Notes under the pieces: generated by a model
Databases searched by the model: none
The model's input: only the letters and a program-made list of their open reading frames with translations
What the model was told of the DNA's origin: nothing
Program-made: the position numbers and the translations under genes
Part shown: piece by piece, positions 46,974-56,296 of the stretch
Layout of the letters: the number at the start of each line of letters is the position of its first letter
Position numbering within the stretch: position 1 is the stretch's first letter
Virus record (IMG/VR): IMGVR_UViG_3300042301_002170
Source of the DNA: a virus
DNA length: 64,000 nucleotides
Strand: one strand, 5' to 3'

Positions 46974-47390
46974 ATGGCTAAAAAGGTTACATCAAAAAAA
47001 CCAACCAAAAAAGGTTGGGTGGCAAGGAAGCATGGTTTCAAATCAGGCTTGGAAGAATCAATATCAATTCAAATAGATAGTAAAGGTATTCCCGTACAAT
47101 ATGAATCAGAAAAGATTCCATACATTGTACCTGCTTCAAAACATACATACAATCCAGATTTTAAATTACCAAATGGTATTTTTATAGAAACTAAAGGTAG
47201 GTTTGTTCCTGCTGATAGAAAGAAACATCTATTTATAAAAGAACAACATCCCGAATTTGATATTAGGTTTGTATTCACATCATCCAAAAACAAAATTTCA
47301 AAAAATTCAAAAACATCTTACGCAGATTGGTGTGATAAGAATGGGTTTTTGTATGCAGATAAATTTATTCCAGAAGAATGGTTTAATTAA
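46974..47390 (+). CDS. T7 endonuclease I-like Holliday junction resolvase
   Basis: FKSGLEE, YE..IPY.VP..HTYNPDFKLPNGIFIETKGRF..DRKKH..IKEQHP..DIRFVF. Confidence 0.9.
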   Translation: MAKKVTSKKPTKKGWVARKHGFKSGLEESISIQIDSKGIPVQYESEKIPYIVPASKHTYNPDFKLPNGIFIETKGRFVPADRKKHLFIKEQHPEFDIRFVFTSSKNKISKNSKTSYADWCDKNGFLYADKFIPEEWFN

Positions 47391-47391
47391 T

Positions 47392-47422
47392 TTGGAAATT
47401 TGAAATAATTGTTGTATATTTG
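47392..47422 (+). promoter_or_regulatory. Bacteroidota-type promoter
   Basis: TTG(47392)-N20-TATATTTG(47415). Confidence 0.7.
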
Positions 47423-47426
47423 TATC

Positions 47427-48368
47427 ATGCTGAATAATACAGATAAGACAAAAATAACTACAACACTATCTAATGTGTTAGGGAGTTTTTCCGTTCTAAG
47501 GGGAAATGAATTAGCATTCTACTGTCCATTTTGCCATCATCACAAACAAAAATTACAAGTAAATACCGAAACACAACATTGGCATTGTTGGACGTGTAAT
47601 AGTGGTGGTAAGAAACTCACATCCTTATTAAAGAAGTTAGATGTTGATAGAAAAACTATTGCAGTTATTAGGGAGATATATGGTGATTCACACTATAACC
47701 CACAAAATGAAGATGGTGATGCTAAAATATTCATATCATTACCAAAAGAGTTTATTTCTCTAGCAGAACAACCAAAAGGATTCAATCCAGAATACAAACA
47801 AGCAATGAATTACCTTATTCAAAGAGGTATAACAGAAAAACAAATTGTAAAGTATGGTATTGGGTATTGTAAAGAAGGTTTATATAGTAGAAGAGTAATT
47901 ATCCCATCTTACAATTGTGATGGTTCGTTAAACTACTTTGTTTCTCGTTCTTATTATGTAGATGAAAAAATGAAATATAAAAACCCACCAATCAGTAAAA
48001 ATGTAATTTGTTTTGATTCACAAATAAATTGGAATGAACCTATTATCTTATGTGAGGGTGTATTTGATGCAATTACAATTAGAAGAAACGCAATTCCCCT
48101 TTTAGGTAAGTTTCCATCTAAAACATTAGTTGAAAAAATCTTTATGAATGGGGTTAGTGATATTGTTATCTCATTAGATAATGATGCTAAAACAGAAGCA
48201 TTGAAAGCATCTGAATATTTTAGGAAGCAAGGAATAAATGTTAAGTTTATGAATCTAAAAGATAAAGATGCTGCCGATATGGGATATAATAAGTTTTACG
48301 AAGAATTAAATTCTACAAAAGAGTTTGGAATAGAGGAGTTGTTATTAACAAAAATTAATAGTTTATGA
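47427..48368 (+). CDS. dnaG: DNA primase (DnaG-like: Zn-binding + TOPRIM; start ATG 47427)
   Basis: CPFC.H..HCWTC zinc module, YFVSR, CEGVFDA, LDND, KDAAD. Confidence 0.88.
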   Translation: MLNNTDKTKITTTLSNVLGSFSVLRGNELAFYCPFCHHHKQKLQVNTETQHWHCWTCNSGGKKLTSLLKKLDVDRKTIAVIREIYGDSHYNPQNEDGDAKIFISLPKEFISLAEQPKGFNPEYKQAMNYLIQRGITEKQIVKYGIGYCKEGLYSRRVIIPSYNCDGSLNYFVSRSYYVDEKMKYKNPPISKNVICFDSQINWNEPIILCEGVFDAITIRRNAIPLLGKFPSKTLVEKIFMNGVSDIVISLDNDAKTEALKASEYFRKQGINVKFMNLKDKDAADMGYNKFYEELNSTKEFGIEELLLTKINSL

Positions 48369-51300
48369 GTTTAAAGAAAATCTATCACATTGCCGATGTT
48401 CATATTCGTAATGTGAAAAGACACAATGAGTATCGTCAAGTATTTAATAAAATGTTTGATGAGATTCGTAAAAGAGGAACAGAAGATTCAATCATTTATT
48501 TAGCAGGAGATATTGCCCATGCTAAATTAGAATTATCTCCTGAATTAGTGAGAGAGATTAGTTGGTTATTTACAGAGTGTTCTAAACTATGTGAAACTAT
48601 TCTTATTACGGGTAATCACGATTGTAATATGAATAACTCCGATAGATTGGATGTTCTTACTCCAATTGTGGAAGCATTGAACTTACCAAACTTTACATAC
48701 CTACGAGATACTCAGGTTTACTCTATTGGTGGAGTAGATTTTTCCGTATTTTCTATTTTTGATAAAAGAGATAATTGGATTCCTGCAAATAAATTATTTG
48801 GTAATAAAAAGATTGCTCTTTTTCACGGACCATTGGATACATCTCAAACAGATATTGGGTATGTAGTTTCATCTCGTCATTTTACACCAGATATGTTTGA
48901 TGGATATGACTTAGCTTTATTAGGTGATATTCATAAACGACAAATTATCACATCTCCCAAAGGATGTACGATTGCGTATGCGGGTTCATTGGTTCAACAA
49001 AACTTTGGAGAAACTTTAGATAAGCATGGATTACTTGTTTGGGATTTGGATAAAATGAGTTATGAGGAAATTGATATTCAAAATGATTATGGATATTACA
49101 CAATGGATATTGATAATGGTAATGTTCCAAAGGTTTCCGATATGCCAAAGAATCCTCGTTTAAGAGTTCGTTTATCTAATACCGATACTGCCGATACAAA
49201 GAAAGTAATTTCAGAAATTAAACAACTATATGGTGTAGACGATTTTACAATTATCAGAACCGATTCTCTTTCTAAATCAAAAACTGGAAATAGAAATAAT
49301 AGATTAGATTTTGAAGATATAACGGATGTAAACTATCAGAACTCTCTTATAAACGATTATATTGGGAGAATGATGCCATTCGTTAGTAAAGAAGATTTGG
49401 ATGGATTAGAAGCAATTAATAGAGATATTAATAGTAGAATAACTCACGATGATATACAAAGAAACATACATTGGAAACCAGTTAAGTTTGAGTTTTCTAA
49501 TATGTTTTCTTACGGAGAAAATAACAAAATTGATTTTACCAAAGTTGGTGGGTTAATGGGGTTGTTTGCACCAAACGCAGCAGGTAAATCTTCTTTATTT
49601 GATGCAATCTCATTTTGTTTATATGATAAGTGTAGTAGAGCATTCAAAGCATCTAATATTTTAAATAATCGTAAATCTGAATTTATCTGTCATTTACATT
49701 TTCAAATAGATGGAATTGATTACCATATTGAAAGAACCGCCAAAACGATTAACAAAGGTAAGAATGTTAAAGTTGATGTTCAGTTTTGGAAAGAAGAGGG
49801 TGGATTAAATACTATATTAAACGGAACAGAAAGAAGAGATACAAATAATATTATTGAACAATATGTAGGAAAATATGAAGATTTTATTTTAACTGCATTA
49901 TCTTTACAAGGAAACAACGCTTTATTCATTGATAAATCTCAATCAGAAAGAAAAGATTTATTAGCACAATTTATGGGTATCAATGTATTTGATAAATTGT
50001 ACGATATAGCAAGTGAGGATATTAAAGAAGTTTCAATATTAATTAAAAACTTTAAGAAAACAGATTTTACATCCGAATTAGCCGAAAAGAAAATTGAATT
50101 TATTAGTAAAACTGCTGAACTTAAAGATTTAGAAAAAACATTAGGTAGTAGAACATATGATAGAGATGATTTAGGAGAAAGAATTGTTGGATTAAGTGCT
50201 CAATTAGTTCCAATTGATGGTAATTTAAATATAGATGAATTAACTGCAAATAAATCTAAATTAGAAACTACATTAAATAATTACACATCTTCATTTGAAA
50301 AAAAGGAAGTAACTATTGTAGATTATAGTAAATTAGTTGCAGAAGTTTCTCAATCAATGGAGAATACTAAAAAGTTTTATGTTTCAGAAGAAGAACATAT
50401 TGATATTGAAGAAGCACACTCTAATTACGTTCAAGCAGAAAAAGATTTTAGTGAAGCGGATACTAAACACCAATTATTAAAACAAAAAATACAATCTATT
50501 AAAGATAAAATTGCTCATTTAGAAACACATGAGTATGACCCTAATTGTAAGTTCTGTTGTGATAATGTTTTTGTAAAAGATGCATTAAAAGCAAAAGAAG
50601 AATTGGAAGGATTAGAAGATAGTTTGGATTATAGTTTAGATGATGTAAATGGTTCTCTAAATGTAATGAGTCTTTTTGAAACATCCAAAGAACAATACAA
50701 AAATTTACAAACATTAAAATTAAAATATCAAAAAGGATATTCTACAATAGAAACTGAAAAAGCAGAACTAAACGGATTAACAACTAAAATAGAATTGACA
50801 AAGCATCAATTAGAAGTAGTTGAGGAAAATATCCGTAAGTATTATGAGAATGAGGAAACTATTAAACGTAATACTCAGATAGAAACTATAATAAATGGTT
50901 TGCAAAGAACCAAAAAAGAAATAGAATCTGAAGTATCTGAATTGAGTAGAAAGATTGGTGATACAAAGGGTGTTATTGCCTCCATATCTTCGTTTGTAGA
51001 GGGGATAAAAGGTAGGATGAATGAAGTTAAAGACTTAGAGGAAAAGAATCGTTTATACACCTACTATTTGGATTCTGTAAAGAGAGATGGAATACCTTAT
51101 GAATTGATTTCAAAAGCATTACCTGTTATTGAAAATGAAGTAAATAATATTCTTGCACAAGTAGTTGATTTTGGTTGTGTAATGGAAATGGATGGAAAAT
51201 CAATCAATGCTAAGATAGTTTATGATGACCAAGAATGGCCATTAGAGATGTGTAGTGGAATGGAGAAATTTGTAAGTGGGTTGGCTATTAGAGTTGCTCT

Positions 51301-51523
51301 TATTAACATATGTAACTTACCTCGTCCAAACTTCTTAGTAATAGATGAGGGGTTTGGTACATTGGATTCGGATAACTTATCATCTTTATTTATGATGATG
51401 CAGTATCTTAAAACTCAATTTGATTTTATATGGGTAATTTCTCACTTAGAACAAATGAGAGATATTGTAGATGGATTAATTGAAATTAAAAAAGTGGATG
51501 GGTTTAGTAAGATTAATTTCTAA
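48365..51523 (+). CDS. Mre11(SbcD)-Rad50(SbcC) single-chain fusion nuclease/ATPase (T4 gp47+gp46 equivalent)
   Basis: ADVH, GD, GNHD, FHG, GDIH phosphoesterase motifs; Walker A APNAAGKS; CKFC hook; CSGME signature; IDEGFGTLD; no internal stop. Confidence 0.92.
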   Translation: MSLKKIYHIADVHIRNVKRHNEYRQVFNKMFDEIRKRGTEDSIIYLAGDIAHAKLELSPELVREISWLFTECSKLCETILITGNHDCNMNNSDRLDVLTPIVEALNLPNFTYLRDTQVYSIGGVDFSVFSIFDKRDNWIPANKLFGNKKIALFHGPLDTSQTDIGYVVSSRHFTPDMFDGYDLALLGDIHKRQIITSPKGCTIAYAGSLVQQNFGETLDKHGLLVWDLDKMSYEEIDIQNDYGYYTMDIDNGNVPKVSDMPKNPRLRVRLSNTDTADTKKVISEIKQLYGVDDFTIIRTDSLSKSKTGNRNNRLDFEDITDVNYQNSLINDYIGRMMPFVSKEDLDGLEAINRDINSRITHDDIQRNIHWKPVKFEFSNMFSYGENNKIDFTKVGGLMGLFAPNAAGKSSLFDAISFCLYDKCSRAFKASNILNNRKSEFICHLHFQIDGIDYHIERTAKTINKGKNVKVDVQFWKEEGGLNTILNGTERRDTNNIIEQYVGKYEDFILTALSLQGNNALFIDKSQSERKDLLAQFMGINVFDKLYDIASEDIKEVSILIKNFKKTDFTSELAEKKIEFISKTAELKDLEKTLGSRTYDRDDLGERIVGLSAQLVPIDGNLNIDELTANKSKLETTLNNYTSSFEKKEVTIVDYSKLVAEVSQSMENTKKFYVSEEEHIDIEEAHSNYVQAEKDFSEADTKHQLLKQKIQSIKDKIAHLETHEYDPNCKFCCDNVFVKDALKAKEELEGLEDSLDYSLDDVNGSLNVMSLFETSKEQYKNLQTLKLKYQKGYSTIETEKAELNGLTTKIELTKHQLEVVEENIRKYYENEETIKRNTQIETIINGLQRTKKEIESEVSELSRKIGDTKGVIASISSFVEGIKGRMNEVKDLEEKNRLYTYYLDSVKRDGIPYELISKALPVIENEVNNILAQVVDFGCVMEMDGKSINAKIVYDDQEWPLEMCSGMEKFVSGLAIRVALINICNLPRPNFLVIDEGFGTLDSDNLSSLFMMMQYLKTQFDFIWVISHLEQMRDIVDGLIEIKKVDGFSKINF

Positions 51524-51683
51524 TCTTATCCACTTTTAAAATATTTACAGATGGTTTATGAACTCCAACGTGTTTCTTAATTAGATTTTCAACTAAACTA
51601 CCCATTTTAAACCCATGTTCTTCACAATATTCTTTGAGAAGTTCGTGGGTTTCTTTTTTTATTTGTAACATTGCATATTTCAT
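51513..51683 (-). CDS. Ribbon-helix-helix-like small DNA-binding protein (56 aa), not in ORF track
   Basis: MKYAMLQIKKETHELLKEYCEEHGFKMGSLVENLIKKHVG...; beta-alpha-G-alpha pattern; fills the only large gap here. Confidence 0.65.
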   Translation of the reverse strand: MKYAMLQIKKETHELLKEYCEEHGFKMGSLVENLIKKHVGVHKPSVNILKVDKIRN

Positions 51684-51717
51684 ATTAGTTTTCTTTAGTA
51701 ATTATTAGTTTTCTTTA
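51683..51717. repeat. 15-nt direct repeat, 20-nt period
   Basis: TATTAGTTTTCTTTA at 51683-51697 and 51703-51717. Confidence 0.8.
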
Positions 51718-51770
51718 TATAATTATGTAATTTATATTTTTTTGGAATATTTATAATAAAGATATTACGA

Positions 51771-54700
51771 ATGGCAATTACTAAAAAAACATTATTTGCG
51801 GACAATTTAGATAAGTACAATACATTTGTCACAGATACAGACCCGTTAAGTAAATATTTTAAATTAACAGAACTCCCTGATACATTTACTGGTGGTAAAA
51901 ACGCATTCCTTATACAGGGTTCGGAATATTTAGTTGCCGATAGTTTAATAAAAATTGAATTAAAAGATGCAAAAGGTGATATAATTTATCACGAACCAGG
52001 TGAAGGTATAATATCGGCATCCGTTGGTGGAGAGCCAATTATAACTGAATATTATGAGGGTGTATCTAAATTGGTTTCAGTTTATATATACCCAGATACT
52101 GCATATGGTCCTTGTACATTAACAATATTAGGTGAATTATCTTCATATGATAATAATGGAGTAAATACTTTAATACCCGCTAATTGGGAAGGTAGTTATA
52201 ATGTTAAATGGCAAAAAGAAATAAATGTAGTTCCATCTTTAGCGAATACTACAAAAATTCGTTTTTATAAAAGACCAACTGCCAAAATTACCGAAATATT
52301 AAGTCCAATTTATAAAATTGAAAATGATTTAAAAGTAGCATCGGCAGTTACTCAATCTTTTGCAAATATAAAACTTTCAAATTTAGAAACATTTGCAGGT
52401 GATGTAAAACGAATAAAAGTTTTTAGAACATCGGTTGGGGATATTTCTGATTATGATATGATTCAAGATATATTAGTTGAATCAAAAGAACTATTAACAT
52501 CGTTTGGTTTAAGTGGTAGTGTAGTTGGTAATACGGGTATATTTACATCCGAAGTATTAAAAAATCAATGGAATAGTGGTTCTTTAAATGCAACATTAAA
52601 TTCAACAAGAGTTGAAGCGGGTGTAAGATTAACGGGTAGTGGTTTATTTACATATACCCAATCATTAGATTTAAAAAGTACAAATACTTACGAATTAAAT
52701 TTAGATGCATTTTATTCATCATCTACAAGTAGCAATTTAGGAATTTATTTAGTATCCGGCTCAACGAGTAGTAATATTGGAACATTAATAGGAACACAAC
52801 CTACTAAAAATTTATTAGATACAAATATACCATTTAAAATAGATAGAGATTACCCAACTGCATCTTTATATTTTTCTCAATCACAAGGTGAATGGCATGT
52901 TGGTAATGTTAGTTTAAAATTATCAGAAGATACTGCATTTTCACCAGATGAAGTTTCATTTATAACAACAATGCCAACTGTATTGGGTAATGAAACATTT
53001 AATTTTAAATTTGAATTTTATGATGTAAATAATAATTATGTTCCTGTTGCAGTAACGCAATCGGCATTATTTAATGGTGGTAATACAAATATTGGTGGTA
53101 CTATTTTATTAATTAGTTCATCAACATCTCAATCTTTAGCAGATTTAAATAGAGTATCACAATCAATTAGTGGAACGGCTACATTATATAGTTCATCTGC
53201 TAATACTACAATCGTAACACTAAGTGGTAGTGTGAGTGGCACAATTGGAACAGTTAGTGGTTCTGTATTTACTTTAAGTGGTTCTGTAAGTAGTTCAATT
53301 ACTACAGTATCTCAAAGTGTTGCATTAACTCTATCATCATCTCTTTCAAAAGTTCAACAATTAGCAGATGGAAATTATACTGGTGTTTTTATAGATGGTA
53401 CAACCGTTTTTGCACCTGTAATTGGAGGTACAACGGGATATATTAGTGGTAAATTTACGGTAGGTGCTCCACCTAATTCAATTGTATTAGATGCAACTAC
53501 ATCTACTCGTAGAATATACATTGGAACGGGTACATATGGTAATACAAATACAAATGTTTATTTAGATAGTACTGGTAAGTTTTCATTAGGAGATAAATTA
53601 AGTTGGAGTGGAACTGCATTGAGTTTAACTGGCGAAGTTATTATTACAAGTGGTACAACTAAAACTGCAATTGATAATGCAGCTAGTGCCGCAAGTACCG
53701 CGCAAACTACGGCAGATACTGCAAACGCAGCGGCAATAGCAGTTGATGGAAAGGTATTTACTGATTCAACTGGTAAATTATCAAAAACCCCATCACTAAC
53801 ATCTTCTGGACTTTATTTAGGTTCAACTTTTTTGGGTTATTACAATGGTAGTGCGTGGAAAACCTATATGGCTAACAATGGTAATTTCTTTTTAAGTGGT
53901 ACGGGAGATAATGGATTAAGTTGGAATGGAACTACGTTAAATATAACAGGTGAAGTTGTTATTACAAGTGGTACAACTAAAACTGCAATTGATAATGCAG
54001 CTAGTGCCGCAAGTAATGCACAAGGAACTGCAAATAGTGCAGCTACTGCAGCAAGTAATGCACAAGGAACTGCAAATTCCGCAAACGCTACCGCTATAGC
54101 AGTTGATGGTAAAGTATTTACTGATTCAACTGGTAAATTATCTAGAACACCATCACTAACATCTTCTGGATTGTTTTTAGGTTCAGAATTTTTAGGTTAC
54201 TATAACGGAAGTAATTGGAAAACTTATATGAGTAATACTGGTAACTTTTTTTTAAGTGGTGCTGGTACTAATGGATTAAGTTGGAATGGAACTACGTTAA
54301 GTATAACTGGAGAAATAAGTGTTACGGGTGGAAATGCAGCAACAACTACACAAGTTAATGGTAAAATATCAGCAGGTGGCGCAGCATCGGATGTTAATTC
54401 AAATTCAACTACTATAAGTGGTGGGAAGATTAGAACGGGAGTAATTGAATCAACGGGTTATGCATATTCATCTGGTGATTATTCAACAACAGGTACACAA
54501 ATAGATTTAGATAATGGATTAGTTCGTTCTAAAAACTTTGTTATTACATCTGCCGGAGATGCCAAATTTAGAGGAAATATAACTGCAACCGGTGGTTCAT
54601 TTACAGGTGATGTAACTGCTGGTGGTGTAACGATAGGAACTAGTGGTATAAATGTAACTGGTACATATGGTATCAACGTAAACTCTTTGTTAGGTCTAAG

Positions 54701-55277
54701 TATTCAAGGTGATAGAGCTATATCTGGTTATACAAGTTTACGAGAGTTTGAAAATGGTAGGGAAGCGAACACAGGAGAGAACATAGGAGAACAAAATAAC
54801 ACATTATTTACATGGTATACTAGAAATCAAAACGCAGGACAAGGTGCAATATGTGGTATTGCAGCAAGTACGGGTAATCTGAGTTTTTATGGTAATGGTG
54901 GAGTACGTGCTTATCGATTCACTCAAGATGGTGGTGGATACCAAACCGGTTCTGATAGAAGTCTTAAAGATAATATAAATAAACTAAATGACAAATTTGG
55001 AATAGAATTTATTAATAAATTAAATCCCGTAGAATTTGTATATAAAAGAGACCCCCAATATAAAAAGTTTGGATTTATAGCACAAGAAGTATCATCTTCT
55101 TTATTGGAGTATGATATGAATATGGATAATTCAACAATAGTTCAATGTGATGAAAACAATAAAGATAAAACATTAACTATAGATTATACAGAATTTATAA
55201 CTCCATTGATAAAATCAGTACAACAATTATCAGCAAGAATAGAAGAATTAGAAGCAAAACTTAGTGGTTCTATATGA
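51771..55277 (+). CDS. Tail fibre/spike protein with C-terminal intramolecular chaperone (peptidase S74)
   Basis: Gly/Ser/Thr-rich beta repeats, Ala-rich coiled coils, SDRSLKDNI..LNPVEF.YK..GFIAQEV..IDY.EFI..L..SVQQL. Confidence 0.88.
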   Translation: MAITKKTLFADNLDKYNTFVTDTDPLSKYFKLTELPDTFTGGKNAFLIQGSEYLVADSLIKIELKDAKGDIIYHEPGEGIISASVGGEPIITEYYEGVSKLVSVYIYPDTAYGPCTLTILGELSSYDNNGVNTLIPANWEGSYNVKWQKEINVVPSLANTTKIRFYKRPTAKITEILSPIYKIENDLKVASAVTQSFANIKLSNLETFAGDVKRIKVFRTSVGDISDYDMIQDILVESKELLTSFGLSGSVVGNTGIFTSEVLKNQWNSGSLNATLNSTRVEAGVRLTGSGLFTYTQSLDLKSTNTYELNLDAFYSSSTSSNLGIYLVSGSTSSNIGTLIGTQPTKNLLDTNIPFKIDRDYPTASLYFSQSQGEWHVGNVSLKLSEDTAFSPDEVSFITTMPTVLGNETFNFKFEFYDVNNNYVPVAVTQSALFNGGNTNIGGTILLISSSTSQSLADLNRVSQSISGTATLYSSSANTTIVTLSGSVSGTIGTVSGSVFTLSGSVSSSITTVSQSVALTLSSSLSKVQQLADGNYTGVFIDGTTVFAPVIGGTTGYISGKFTVGAPPNSIVLDATTSTRRIYIGTGTYGNTNTNVYLDSTGKFSLGDKLSWSGTALSLTGEVIITSGTTKTAIDNAASAASTAQTTADTANAAAIAVDGKVFTDSTGKLSKTPSLTSSGLYLGSTFLGYYNGSAWKTYMANNGNFFLSGTGDNGLSWNGTTLNITGEVVITSGTTKTAIDNAASAASNAQGTANSAATAASNAQGTANSANATAIAVDGKVFTDSTGKLSRTPSLTSSGLFLGSEFLGYYNGSNWKTYMSNTGNFFLSGAGTNGLSWNGTTLSITGEISVTGGNAATTTQVNGKISAGGAASDVNSNSTTISGGKIRTGVIESTGYAYSSGDYSTTGTQIDLDNGLVRSKNFVITSAGDAKFRGNITATGGSFTGDVTAGGVTIGTSGINVTGTYGINVNSLLGLSIQGDRAISGYTSLREFENGREANTGENIGEQNNTLFTWYTRNQNAGQGAICGIAASTGNLSFYGNGGVRAYRFTQDGGGYQTGSDRSLKDNINKLNDKFGIEFINKLNPVEFVYKRDPQYKKFGFIAQEVSSSLLEYDMNMDNSTIVQCDENNKDKTLTIDYTEFITPLIKSVQQLSARIEELEAKLSGSI
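53598..54275 (+). repeat. Tandem module duplication in tail fibre (106 aa + 120 aa)
   Basis: Units 53598-53915 and 53916-54275, partial third from 54276; 57-nt identical stretch at 53641 and 53959. Confidence 0.9.
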
Positions 55278-56263
55278 TAGTATTCATAACAACAGGTTAC
55301 GGAAAAAATATAGTAGGAGGTTCGGATATATGGTGTAACAACTTTGTAGAAAACATCTTACCATTAGTTACAGAAGATTACAAAATTGTAGTTGATGGTA
55401 GACCTTTATTACCAGAAAAAGATGCAATTTACACTTTCCAAAACGATGAAGAAATCGATAGGATATTGGATGAGTGTGATAAGATAGTGTTTCTACATCA
55501 TTCTTACAAACCAAATCCTATAATCAAAAAGTATCTTCACAAAACTCACACAACTTTTGTTCATGCTTTCATTCCTGATATGTTGGGATTGAATGATGAA
55601 TATGAAAACCTAATGACACGATTAGATTGGCATTGGCAAAAGGATATTTTGGATAATTCTAAAAATATCGTTTGGATAGGTTATGAGAAAGATACAATAC
55701 ATACTTACTTTCCAAACACAATTACTATTCCAAATTATTATGAATGGAAACACAACAAACCATATGAGGATGTTCAGAGTAATAAGATAGGGTATGCTGC
55801 AAGATGTGAAACAAGAAAGAACGCACATTACTTAGATGCAATACCTGCTTTTGTATTCTCAAACAAATATGATTACAAACGAATGTTAGAGGGTAGTAAG
55901 ATAAACGCAGATGTTCATACATTTATAGAGTTTGATTACCGTTTTCACGACAAATTTTTTAAAAAACAATTTAAGATATTTCACGGTTGTTACACCAAAG
56001 AACCATTTGGATACGCAATCTTTGATGCAATAGATAATGGGAAATTACCAATAATACATTCTGATTGGATGAAAGGAATTAAATATAGATACAGAGCAAT
56101 GAATAAAAGACAATTTCATTATCAGTATTTAAGAATATTAGAAGATGGATTTGAAAAAAATAAAAAACAATTTGATAGATTGAAAAAAGGATTAGAAATT
56201 TATACTGATAAAAATAAATGGATAGAAAAAGTTGTTAATCTGAATTTTTTTTCGTATATTTGA
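55274..56263 (+). CDS. Glycosyltransferase, GT4/GT-B-like
   Basis: N-terminal GG..IW, C-terminal EPFGYAIFDA..GKLPI. Confidence 0.65.
   Translation: MIVFITTGYGKNIVGGSDIWCNNFVENILPLVTEDYKIVVDGRPLLPEKDAIYTFQNDEEIDRILDECDKIVFLHHSYKPNPIIKKYLHKTHTTFVHAFIPDMLGLNDEYENLMTRLDWHWQKDILDNSKNIVWIGYEKDTIHTYFPNTITIPNYYEWKHNKPYEDVQSNKIGYAARCETRKNAHYLDAIPAFVFSNKYDYKRMLEGSKINADVHTFIEFDYRFHDKFFKKQFKIFHGCYTKEPFGYAIFDAIDNGKLPIIHSDWMKGIKYRYRAMNKRQFHYQYLRILEDGFEKNKKQFDRLKKGLEIYTDKNKWIEKVVNLNFFSYI
56232..56262 (+). promoter_or_regulatory. Bacteroidota-type promoter
   Basis: TTG(56232)-N20-TATATTTG(56255). Confidence 0.7.
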
Positions 56264-56296
56264 TATACTTTTAATTACCAAGCTAAAAAACTGACA

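Noticed and set aside
53598-54275. Diversity-generating retroelement TR/VR pair
   Set aside because: Both copies are in frame within one gene, mismatches are not confined to adenines, and no reverse transcriptase is in the window.
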